The translations under genes and the position numbers were made by a program. Under the pieces are notes generated by a model. That model was not told the DNA's origin, did no database searches, and saw nothing but the letters and a program-made list of their open reading frames with translations. A stretch of DNA of 64,000 nucleotides from Longimicrobiales bacterium (GTDB lineage: Bacteria; Gemmatimonadota; Gemmatimonadetes; Longimicrobiales; Gaopeijiaceae): assembly GCA_963664435.2 (NCBI GenBank), contig CAXXKM010000002.1, positions 608,001 through 672,000 of the forward strand, in the 5' to 3' direction. Of this stretch, positions 10,296 through 20,827 are shown one piece after another (position 1 is the first letter of the stretch; every line of letters begins with the position of its first letter).

Positions 10296-11210
10296 ATGAG
10301 CGACCCTGAAGACACGCAGGTCTGGCGGGTGCCCGAGCCTCTGGCGGTGCACGAGGTTCGCCTGGGCGACGGCGCCGTGACCACGCTCCGGCGCCACGGG
10401 AATCCCTCCGGCCCGCGCATCGTCCTGAGCCACGGCAACAGCCTCGCGATCGACCTCTACTACCCGTTCTGGTCACGGCTGGCGGCCGACTTCGATCTTG
10501 TGCTCTACGATCTCAGAAACCACGGCTGGAATGCCGTCGGCCCGCTGCGCAGCCACAACGTGCCCACGCTCATCGACGACCACCTCCGCATCCAGGAAGC
10601 CATCGCAACGGAATTCGGGAGGAAGCCGCAGGCCGGCGTCTTCCACTCTCTCTCGGGCCTGGTCTCGCTGCTGTCACCCACGCGCGGGGGAGAGTTCGTG
10701 GCCCGCGTCCTCTTCGATCCGCCGCTGTGCGAGTTCGGAACCGCGCGCGACGAGTGCGCCGAAGTGGCGCGGCGCGCCGTCACGATGACGCTATCGCGCG
10801 CGGATCGATACGCGACCCGAGAGGAGTTCGCGGAGGTGCTGCTGTACATGCCCGCCTTCCGGTACGTCGTCCCCGGGGTCCGCCGGCTCATGGCCCGGAC
10901 GACGCTGCGCCAGTCGGCGGACGGGGACGGCTACACGCTTCGCTGTCCCCGCGAGTATGAGGCCCACATCTACCGGTATGCCGGACAGTATGAGGCGCTG
11001 ATCGACTTCGGGGCGCTCGCCTGTCCGACGATGGTCATGGGGGCCGACCCCGGCATCCCCTACACGTATTTCCCGACCACCGAGCTCCATCATATCCCGA
11101 CCGTGGACTACGCCTGGCTCCCCGGGGGGACGCATCTCCTGCAGCTGGAGCAGCCGGAGGAGAGCGTGGCGAGGACGCTGGAGTATTTGAAGGCGGGCGG
11201 CCTATTCTGA
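10296..11210 (+). CDS. Alpha/beta fold hydrolase
   Basis: LSHGN, YDLRNHG, nucleophile elbow FHSLSG, C-terminal GGTHLL. Confidence 0.85.
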   Translation: MSDPEDTQVWRVPEPLAVHEVRLGDGAVTTLRRHGNPSGPRIVLSHGNSLAIDLYYPFWSRLAADFDLVLYDLRNHGWNAVGPLRSHNVPTLIDDHLRIQEAIATEFGRKPQAGVFHSLSGLVSLLSPTRGGEFVARVLFDPPLCEFGTARDECAEVARRAVTMTLSRADRYATREEFAEVLLYMPAFRYVVPGVRRLMARTTLRQSADGDGYTLRCPREYEAHIYRYAGQYEALIDFGALACPTMVMGADPGIPYTYFPTTELHHIPTVDYAWLPGGTHLLQLEQPEESVARTLEYLKAGGLF

Positions 11211-12641
11211 AAAACCGATGACGGCGCGAACCAGTTGGTCCAGCGCCCGGTCGAGGAGGTTGCGAGACATGGTTGCGGGAGGGGTCAGCTCGATCACCTG
11301 ACCCTGCTCCCCCGCGGGGAGCACCAGGAAGCCCTGCGCGAGCAGCTGCGCGGCGATGCCTGCCCCCGCTCCAGGGTGAACGGTCGCACCCGCGTGCCTC
11401 CCGCGGGCGATCTCCACGCCGGCCAGGAGGCCCAGACCCCGCACCTCCCGCACGTGCCCGACGCCCTCGAGCGCTTCCCGCAGGCGGGCGACCAGGTGCT
11501 CGCCCAGGCGGGCGGCGCGCTGGTCGAGGCGCTCCGACTCCACAAGATCCAGGAAGGCCAGCGACGCGGCGCAGGCAACCGGATGTCCGAGGAAGGTGCT
11601 GGTATGGAGGGCCTCGCCGGCGGACTCCGGCCAGGCGTCGAAGACCTCGGCCGTTCCAAGGCACGCACTCAGGGGGAAGCCGCCCCCCAGCGCTTTCCCC
11701 AGGCAGATGAGATCGGCGGTGAGGCCGAGGCCCGGTCCGGCGAACATGCTCCCGCACCGACCGAGCCCAGTGAACACCTCGTCGGCCACAACCACGGCCC
11801 CGTGCCGCCGGGCGAGGGCGCACAGTTCCGGGAAGAAACCCGGCGGCGGTATGCGCACGCCCCCTCGGCCCTGCACCGGCTCCACCAGCACCGCCCCGAT
11901 CTCGGCTCCCGCGCGGGCGCCGTCCTCGAACGCCTGCTCGCAGGACGCGAGGCTCTGCGATGCCTCCTCCGCGAGGACGGGAAACGGTACGAACCTTACC
12001 CCATCGTACAGGCGCCTGCGGAAGGGCGCGCGGAAGTCGTCCCGGTGGGTGGCGGCCAGAGCTCCCATGGTCAACCCGTGATATCCACACTCAAAGGCCA
12101 GGATACCCGGTCGGCCTGTGGATAACTGGGCGGTTTTCAGCGCGATTTCCACAGCTTCCGATCCCGCCGAGGCAAGAACGGCGCGCGCCTCCGGCCAGGG
12201 TGCGAGGCCGGTCAGGCGTTCCAGCAGTTCGACCTTGGCCTCCGGGGGATGGATGTCGCCCATGCCGTGCGTCAGCCGGTGCTGCTGTTCGGCCGCCGCC
12301 CGCATGACCCGCGGATGGCGGTGCCCGCCGAAGGCGACCCCGAACGCGCCCGTGAGGTCGACGTACACGTTGCCGTCGACGTCGCGCACGTTGGCCCCCA
12401 GCGCCTCCTCCCAGAAGACCGGAAAACGGTCGCCGATGAAGGTGACGTTGCGCGATTCGGCCCGCCGCAACCGCTTTCCGAGCGCCCGCGAGCGCGGCCC
12501 CGGGGGGGTGACCCGGATGTGCGGCGGGGAAGCCCCGAAGGGGCGGTCGCCACCCCCCTTCAGCTCTGTGGAAATCTCGTCGGCCCCCTGATGTGGAAAA
12601 GGCGTCCCGCCCCCGGTGGGGCGCCCCACCTGCCCTGCCAT
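11202..12641 (-). CDS. Class III PLP aminotransferase (4-aminobutyrate/ornithine aminotransferase-like)
   Basis: GSEAVEIALK, GYHG, VEPVQGRGG, ADEVFTGLGRCG, GKALGGG. Confidence 0.92.
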   Translation of the reverse strand: MAGQVGRPTGGGTPFPHQGADEISTELKGGGDRPFGASPPHIRVTPPGPRSRALGKRLRRAESRNVTFIGDRFPVFWEEALGANVRDVDGNVYVDLTGAFGVAFGGHRHPRVMRAAAEQQHRLTHGMGDIHPPEAKVELLERLTGLAPWPEARAVLASAGSEAVEIALKTAQLSTGRPGILAFECGYHGLTMGALAATHRDDFRAPFRRRLYDGVRFVPFPVLAEEASQSLASCEQAFEDGARAGAEIGAVLVEPVQGRGGVRIPPPGFFPELCALARRHGAVVVADEVFTGLGRCGSMFAGPGLGLTADLICLGKALGGGFPLSACLGTAEVFDAWPESAGEALHTSTFLGHPVACAASLAFLDLVESERLDQRAARLGEHLVARLREALEGVGHVREVRGLGLLAGVEIARGRHAGATVHPGAGAGIAAQLLAQGFLVLPAGEQGQVIELTPPATMSRNLLDRALDQLVRAVIGFSE

Positions 12642-12709
12642 CTACCCCGCCGCCGCCCTAGAGCTGCGGCTCGGCGGGAATGCCCATGACGTGGTAGCCC
12701 TTGTCCACA
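12081..12709. promoter_or_regulatory. Cluster of six DnaA-box-like 9-mers inside coding sequence
   Basis: ATATCCACA 12081, TGTGGATAA 12117, ATTTCCACA 12145, TGTGGAAAT 12567, TGTGGAAAA 12592, TTGTCCACA 12701. Confidence 0.6.
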
Positions 12710-13548
12710 TGGAGGGTCGCACCGGTGATCCCCGCCCCCAGCGGCGAGCACAGGAAGGCGGCCGCGTTGGCCACGTCCGCCGCCGTGTTCACCTCCGGCA
12801 AGGCCGCATTGACCTTGTAGTACTCGACCATCCGGTCGATCAGGCCGATCGCGGAGGCAGCCCGGCTGGGCAGCGGGCCCGCGCTGATGGTGTTGACCCG
12901 CATCCCCCATCGCCTTCCCGCCTCGAAGGCCAGCACCCGCGTGTCGCTCTCCAGCGCCGCCTTGGCGGAACTCATCCCCCCGCCGTACCCGGGGATGACG
13001 CGCTCCGAAGCCAGATAGCTCAGCGAGACGGCGGCCGCCCCCGGGCGCATGAGGGGCCCGAAGCGCTGGACCATGCTCACCAGCGAGTAGGAGCTGGCGC
13101 TGATCGCGGCCAGGTACCCGGTGCGGCTGGTCTCGATGAGGGGCTTGCGCACCTCCGGGCCGTTGGCGAGAGAGTGCACGAGGATGTCCAGGCATCCGTC
13201 CCCGAAGTCCGCGCGCAGGGCGTCCGCGACTTCCTGGATGGTGTAGCCGTCGACCGCACGATAGCGCTTGTCCTCCCGGTACTTGGCGGGAATGTCGTCC
13301 GGCGTGTCGAATATGGCGTCCAGGGGATAGATCTTCTCGATCTCGAGTTCGCCGCCCCCCGGAAGCGAGCGGTCCAGCCTTCCCCTCTTGAGGCTCATGC
13401 GGAAGATGCGCATCACCGGCGGCCAGGTACCGAAGCAAACGGTGGCGCCGGCTGCCGCCAGAACGCGCGCGATGGCCCAGCCGTATCCCCTGTCATCCGC
13501 AACCCCGGCGATGAAGGCTCGCTTGCCGCTCAAATCTATCCCAAGCAT
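12658..13548 (-). CDS. fabI: Enoyl-ACP reductase (NADH), chlamydial/plant type
   Basis: [45 protein letters not shown]. Confidence 0.93.
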   Translation of the reverse strand: MLGIDLSGKRAFIAGVADDRGYGWAIARVLAAAGATVCFGTWPPVMRIFRMSLKRGRLDRSLPGGGELEIEKIYPLDAIFDTPDDIPAKYREDKRYRAVDGYTIQEVADALRADFGDGCLDILVHSLANGPEVRKPLIETSRTGYLAAISASSYSLVSMVQRFGPLMRPGAAAVSLSYLASERVIPGYGGGMSSAKAALESDTRVLAFEAGRRWGMRVNTISAGPLPSRAASAIGLIDRMVEYYKVNAALPEVNTAADVANAAAFLCSPLGAGITGATLHVDKGYHVMGIPAEPQL

Positions 13549-13573
13549 GTCGACCAACTCCCTCGTTGTACGT

Positions 13574-13656
13574 TCGCGATCACTCCGACTCTCAAATCGC
13601 GACCACTCCGATTCTCAAATCGCGACCACTCCGATTCTCAAGTCGTGACCACTCCG
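13574..13656. repeat. About 3.6 tandem copies of a 23-bp unit (tcgcgaccactccgattctcaaa) upstream of fabI
   Basis: Adjacent near-identical copies start at 13574, 13597, 13620 and 13643 (partial); no spacers. Confidence 0.92.
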
Positions 13657-13684
13657 GGCTGATGGTGCCGACCCCGCTGGTCCT

Positions 13685-13724
13685 GCCCGTATCATGCCTT
13701 TCCCGCCCGTGTCATGCCTTTCCT
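13685..13724. repeat. Two tandem copies of a 20-bp unit (gcccgtrtcatgcctttcc)
   Basis: The second copy contains the stop codon of the 13712-14845 gene. Confidence 0.8.
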
Positions 13725-14845
13725 CTCCTCCCCAGCCGCGTGGCCACCCAGAAGAACAGGCCTGCCGTGAACGCCAGCGCGAGCACCGTGCCCAGCCGGT
13801 CTCCCGCATCGACCCCCAGGTACCAGGCGGCGCTGACGATGGTCGCGCACGAACAGAGCACGAGTGGTCGCGCATCGCGGCGCAGCCCGTACCAGAGCCC
13901 GGCGGCTCCGGCCCCGGCCAACACGGCCGCAGCTCCCGCGGGGGGCAGGTCGTACACCTCGAGCGTGGTCCCGAACCCGAGCGGGATGGCGATCAGCACC
14001 GACGCCGCCAGGTGAAGACTGTAGCGGGCGCTCCTCAGCGTCTCCGGGGCCCGGTGGATGCCCCAGAGGGCCAGCGCCGTGACCAGCACCAGCCAGCCGT
14101 CCAGCGCCAGAAGCGTCTCCTCCCCGAGTTCGAGGGGCCCGGCCGCCGTCATGCCGGCCATCGGATAGCCCGCGTAGAGGCTGACCGCGAAGGCGTAGAG
14201 CGCTCGGCGCGAGACGGACTGCGCGCGCCCGGCGCGCAGCAGCATGGCCAGCACCGCCAGCGTCACCACCAGCGCCCCATCCAGAACCCAGATGATGATT
14301 TCGGCGTCCAGGTCGAAGGCGCGAAAGAGAAACGCGGCCAGAAAGCCATAACCGAGAGCCGTGGCCACGGCCGGCATGACCGGGTTGCGGCGCACGAAGA
14401 CGGGAATGGTCGCGACGGGAACGGCCAGGGCGAGAAGGCCGACCACGATGCCGCCCGCGGTCGAGTTATCCCAGGCCTCCATGGAGTAGACGGACGCGGC
14501 GAGAAGCAGGATCAGACCGCTGGCCTGGAGCGCATAGGTCACGGGCACGTAGCGCCGGGCGGCCTCGAGCCGCATCCCCAGCAGCACGATCGCGACGCCT
14601 GTGCCGGCAATCACGCCCGTGCGCGCACCCGGCCCCAACTCGGGCCATGACCAGGCGAAGAAGGTGACGGCAGCGATCACCAGGAGAATGCCGGCAGTGC
14701 CCGAGACGGCGTATTGCAGGAACCGGCGGCGCGAACGACGTGTGCTGCGCGCGTGCTCGGCCCGCAGTTGTTCCGCCAGCTCCCCGGAAATGAGCCCGGC
14801 TTCCCGCCATCTCTCGAGGGAGGATTCGATGTCTGGTCCGGTCAT
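13712..14845 (-). CDS. DUF2157-like membrane protein
   Basis: N-terminal LERWREAGLIS..AEQL motif followed by about 10 TM helices. Confidence 0.75.
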   Translation of the reverse strand: MTGPDIESSLERWREAGLISGELAEQLRAEHARSTRRSRRRFLQYAVSGTAGILLVIAAVTFFAWSWPELGPGARTGVIAGTGVAIVLLGMRLEAARRYVPVTYALQASGLILLLAASVYSMEAWDNSTAGGIVVGLLALAVPVATIPVFVRRNPVMPAVATALGYGFLAAFLFRAFDLDAEIIIWVLDGALVVTLAVLAMLLRAGRAQSVSRRALYAFAVSLYAGYPMAGMTAAGPLELGEETLLALDGWLVLVTALALWGIHRAPETLRSARYSLHLAASVLIAIPLGFGTTLEVYDLPPAGAAAVLAGAGAAGLWYGLRRDARPLVLCSCATIVSAAWYLGVDAGDRLGTVLALAFTAGLFFWVATRLGRRGKA

Positions 14846-14846
14846 C

Positions 14847-15806
14847 TCAGCTCCCCCCCAGCCACAGCCAGAACAGGGCGTAGGCCGCCAGGAGACCAAA
14901 GCCCTCCAGACGCCGCACCTTGAGCGCCGTCCACGCCACGGGCCACACCAGGGCCGACAACACCACCACCGCGAGGAACTCGCGGCCGAGCACGCCCGAG
15001 GCGATCGTGAGTGGCTCGATGACGGCCGCGGTACCCAGCACTGCCGTCAGGTTGAAGATGTTGGAGCCGATGACGTTGCCGACTGCGATGTCCGCCTCGT
15101 TGCGCGTCGCCGCGACCACGGAAGTCGCCAGCTCGGGGAGCGAGGTGCCGATGGCGACGACGGTTCCGCCGATGAGCAGCTCGGAGATGCCCATGGACGT
15201 GGCGATGTCTATTGCGCTGACCACGATCAGCCTCCCCCCCAGCACCAGCAGCCCGGATCCCACGAGAACCTGAAGAATGTTCTTCCCCACGGACCTGGGC
15301 TTCGCCTGAATCTCGTCCGCGGTAAAGGCCTCGAACTCCTTCAGGATTTCGGGCGTCTCGCGCCGCGCCGAGCGCAGCAGAGCGGCCAGGTAGAGCACGA
15401 GCAGGCCCAGGAGAACCGCGCCGTCCACGCGAGACACGACATGGTCGGCGATCAGGGGATAGGCCAGCAGGGTGATGGCGAGCATGGCCGGAATCTCGCG
15501 CACCACCATGCGGCGGTTGACGCCGAGCGGCTGGACGATTGCGGTGACCGCGAGGATCAGGCCGATGTTGGCGAGATTGGAACCGAGAGCGTTGCCGATC
15601 GCGAGGTCGGAGCTTCCCCCGATGGCCGCGAGCACGCACACCACCAGTTCGGGCGCGGACGTGCCGAGGGAGACCACGGTCAGGCCCACCACGATCGGCC
15701 GCGCTCCGATCGTCCTGCCCAGTCCGGCCGCGCCGAAAACGAGCCAGTGGGCGCCGAGATAGAGGCCGACGACGCCGGCGAGGAGCCCCAGGGCCGCGAG
15801 GTACAA
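14847..15806 (-). CDS. Calcium/sodium antiporter (CaCA, YrbG-like)
   Basis: Two alpha repeats: GTSAPEL..GNALGSN and GTSLPEL..GNVIGSN. Confidence 0.93.
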   Translation of the reverse strand: MYLAALGLLAGVVGLYLGAHWLVFGAAGLGRTIGARPIVVGLTVVSLGTSAPELVVCVLAAIGGSSDLAIGNALGSNLANIGLILAVTAIVQPLGVNRRMVVREIPAMLAITLLAYPLIADHVVSRVDGAVLLGLLVLYLAALLRSARRETPEILKEFEAFTADEIQAKPRSVGKNILQVLVGSGLLVLGGRLIVVSAIDIATSMGISELLIGGTVVAIGTSLPELATSVVAATRNEADIAVGNVIGSNIFNLTAVLGTAAVIEPLTIASGVLGREFLAVVVLSALVWPVAWTALKVRRLEGFGLLAAYALFWLWLGGS

Positions 15807-15906
15807 TCCGGTTACCCGGGCGAAGCCGCGGAGCGGCGGCAGGAGGTGGGCTTCCGGGTTTTCATGCCACGAACGATATACGCGCCGCCGGAATCGCGCA
15901 CCGGGG

Positions 15907-18093
<2,187 letters not shown>

Positions 18094-18172
18094 TCAGGGA
18101 GACTCCTCGGGCTGGTCGGAACATGGATTGCGCCCGCCAGCGATGACGAATGACACAACGATAACCTCAACG

Positions 18173-18240
18173 CCCTCGCCGCCTCACGCAGCCCGGTGAT
18201 ACTACGCAGCTTCCCATAATAGTATCACCTGCGGCGAGGG
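18173..18240. repeat. Nested inverted repeats between the TA module and ligA
   Basis: CCCTCGCCGC(18173)/GCGGCGAGGG(18231) enclose GGTGATACTA(18195)/TAGTATCACC(18220). Confidence 0.75.
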
Positions 18241-18279
18241 GGTCCAGCTTGAGCCAATACGAACGCGGAAAGGCGTGGT

Positions 18280-18540
18280 TCAAGACATCCGGTCGTCGTC
18301 GTCCGGCGGCTGACCTCCGGGGCGGCGAAGCAGCCGTCGGGCCAGTTCGATGTCGGCCTCAGCTCTCCGTTCCGCGAAGAACTCGGCGGTGCGCATGGCG
18401 GAAACCTTCTCGGCAACCGCAGTGTTGACGAACTGGTTGATGCTGGTTCCATCTTCCCGGGCGATCTCCCTGACCGCCATCTTGAGAGATGCCGGCAATC
18501 GCAACGGATAGGTTACCGTCTGCTTCTTCCTTTCACTCAT
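18280..18540 (-). CDS. Antitoxin, HicB-like ribbon-helix-helix family
   Basis: TYPLRLPASLK..VREIAREDGTSINQFV..AVAEK pattern; 4 bp downstream of the PIN gene. Confidence 0.85.
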   Translation of the reverse strand: MSERKKQTVTYPLRLPASLKMAVREIAREDGTSINQFVNTAVAEKVSAMRTAEFFAERRAEADIELARRLLRRPGGQPPDDDDRMS

Positions 18541-18544
18541 CCCG

Positions 18545-18982
18545 CTATCCTCCCTCGTTCAGGTCCTTCATCCTCGCCAGCGCTTGTCCGGGCGACAGCA
18601 ACGCGATTCCAAAGCGCACCGGAGCGTCCCCAAAGTCTCGCCGATTGAAGGTTACGAGCCCGTCCGCACGGCCGTTGCTCGAGGCCTCGAGCACCATCTC
18701 ATCCTGTGGATCGCGCAACTGGGGACGCCAGAGGAAATGTGTGCGCACCGGCTTCGCGACCGCGCATAGGGCGGTGACGATGGTGCGAACCTCCGATTCG
18801 CTGAGGCCCGACGCGATTCGCTGTACCGGATCGTGGCATACACTCTCGTACTCAAGCGCCAGCGCCACCGACATGAGCAGCGTGAATTCTCTGTTCAGCC
18901 CCTTGTCAACCAACGCAGCCGAGGCCCCTCGCGGGCTACGGAGCGCAGCAACTACGACGTTGGTATCCAGGACGATACGCAT
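18545..18982 (-). CDS. PIN-domain toxin of a type II TA system
   Basis: MRIVLDTNVVVAALRS, LEYE, LRDPQDEMVLE, VTFNRRDF. Confidence 0.9.
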   Translation of the reverse strand: MRIVLDTNVVVAALRSPRGASAALVDKGLNREFTLLMSVALALEYESVCHDPVQRIASGLSESEVRTIVTALCAVAKPVRTHFLWRPQLRDPQDEMVLEASSNGRADGLVTFNRRDFGDAPVRFGIALLSPGQALARMKDLNEGG

Positions 18983-18987
18983 CTCAT

Positions 18988-19016
18988 ACAATATGACATC
19001 TTATAAGATGTAGCAA
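18988..19016 (-). promoter_or_regulatory. TA promoter with perfect 16-bp operator palindrome; probable leaderless mRNA
   Basis: TTGCTA-N17-TATTGT; ACATCTTATAAGATGT (18996-19011) fills the spacer; ATG lies 5 nt after the -10. Confidence 0.75.
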
Positions 19017-19122
19017 CGAGGGATCCCTCAGGCACCGCAGGGAGATCCCCATTCGCCTCCAACCCCCGTTTTCCCTAGATTCCTCCGCCGTACCAGGACC
19101 CGCGAAACACTGGAGGACACCC

Positions 19123-20769
19123 ATGCCAGGTCGTAAACCATCCCGAGGCATTCTGCCCATTCTCCTGATCTCGGCGCTTGCCGCGACCCTGCCTGCCGCC
19201 CCCGCGGAAGCGCAGATGGAGCCCACTACTCCGCGCGGAGCCGACGAGGGCCAGGGCCCCTTCGACCGCATGGTCATCCGCGGGGTGACCGTCATCGACG
19301 GCACCGGCTCGCCGCCCCGGGGGCCGATGGACGTGGTCATCGAGAACAACCGCATCGTCGAGATAGCGTCGGTCGGGTATCCGCTGGTGGACATCAACGA
19401 GAACCGCCGGCCGGACGCGGGCGATCACGAGATCGACGGCGAGGGGATGTTCCTGCTTCCCGGCTTCGTGGACATGCACGCCCACACCGGAGGCGTCCCC
19501 AAGGCCCCGCAGGGCGAGTACGTCTACAAGCTCTGGCTGGGACACGGGATCACCACGTCGCGCGGCGTGCCCCACGGCGGGTTCGAGTGGCAGCTGCGCG
19601 AGAAGGCGATGGCGGCCAACAACAGCATCGTCGCGCCCCACATGTACTCGTACGTGCGCCCCGGGAGCGGCGAGGGCTGGGGCGGGCGCCCGATCTTCAC
19701 GCCGGACGATGCGCGCGAGTGGGTGCGCTGGGCCGCGTCGCAGGAGATCGAGGGCCAGACCATCGACGGCCTCAAGCTGGGCGCCTACGACCCCGAGATC
19801 ATGGCCGCGCTCATCGACGAAGCCCACCAGTTCGACCTGGAGACCGTCGCCCACCTCGACCAGATGGGCATGGCGCGCATGACCGCTGTCGACGCGGCGC
19901 GCGTGGGGCTGGACATGATGACGCACTACTACGGGCTCCTCGAGTCCATGCTCACGGACTACTCCGTCCAGGACTGGCCGCTCGACTACAACTACAACGA
20001 CGAGCAGCACCGCTTCGGCAACGTGGGACGCCTCTGGTACCAGTCCGCCGAGCCTGGAAGCGAGCAGTGGGAGGCGCTCATCGACGAATTCCTCAAGCTC
20101 GGCTTCGGGCTCGACCCGACGATGACCATCTACGAGGCGAGCCGGGACGTGATGCGCGCCCGCGAGGCGGACTTCCACGAGGAGTTCACGCTTCCCTCAC
20201 AGGACGACTTCTACCAGCCCAGCCGGGTGGCGCACGGATCCTACTGGTTCTACTGGACCACCGAGGACGAGTACCACTGGCGCAGGTTCTACCAGAAGTG
20301 GATGCACTTCCTGAACGACTACAAGAACGCCGGCGGAATCGTCACGACCGGGTCGGACTCGGGCTTCATCTACAAGCTCTACGGCTTCGACTACATCCGC
20401 GAGTTCGAGCTGCTGCGCGAGGCGGGCTTCCATCCCACCGAGGTGATCCGCTCCGCGACGCTGTATCCGGCGCAGATGCTCACCAAGTACAGCGATGAGC
20501 CGGCCGACTTCGGGATCATCCGCCCGAATATGCGCGCCGACCTGGTGCTGGTCGACGAGAACCCGCTCGAGAACCTGAAGGTGCTGTACGGCAACGGTGC
20601 GCCGAAGCTGGACGACGAGACCGGGGAGCCGGGGCGCGTCGGCGGCATCAGGTACACGATCAAGGACGGCATCATCTACGACGCTCGGCAGCTGCTGGAG
20701 GACGTGAAGGAGATGGTGCGGCAGGCGAAGGCGGAGCGGGCGGCGGTCTCGGACGGCTCCCGGCGGTAG
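19123..20769 (+). CDS. Secreted amidohydrolase family protein
   Basis: Signal peptide; LLPGFVDMHAH, GSDSG, ADLVLVDENPLENL. Confidence 0.88.
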   Translation: MPGRKPSRGILPILLISALAATLPAAPAEAQMEPTTPRGADEGQGPFDRMVIRGVTVIDGTGSPPRGPMDVVIENNRIVEIASVGYPLVDINENRRPDAGDHEIDGEGMFLLPGFVDMHAHTGGVPKAPQGEYVYKLWLGHGITTSRGVPHGGFEWQLREKAMAANNSIVAPHMYSYVRPGSGEGWGGRPIFTPDDAREWVRWAASQEIEGQTIDGLKLGAYDPEIMAALIDEAHQFDLETVAHLDQMGMARMTAVDAARVGLDMMTHYYGLLESMLTDYSVQDWPLDYNYNDEQHRFGNVGRLWYQSAEPGSEQWEALIDEFLKLGFGLDPTMTIYEASRDVMRAREADFHEEFTLPSQDDFYQPSRVAHGSYWFYWTTEDEYHWRRFYQKWMHFLNDYKNAGGIVTTGSDSGFIYKLYGFDYIREFELLREAGFHPTEVIRSATLYPAQMLTKYSDEPADFGIIRPNMRADLVLVDENPLENLKVLYGNGAPKLDDETGEPGRVGGIRYTIKDGIIYDARQLLEDVKEMVRQAKAERAAVSDGSRR

Positions 20770-20827
20770 ATTTCCCGGGTTGGGGCACGCGGGCGCCTGG
20801 TCGCCGGCCCGTAGTGAACACCCCGCG

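Noticed and set aside
13574..13656. 23-bp repeat as a CRISPR array
   Set aside because: The copies are directly adjacent with no unique spacers, and there are no cas genes in the window.
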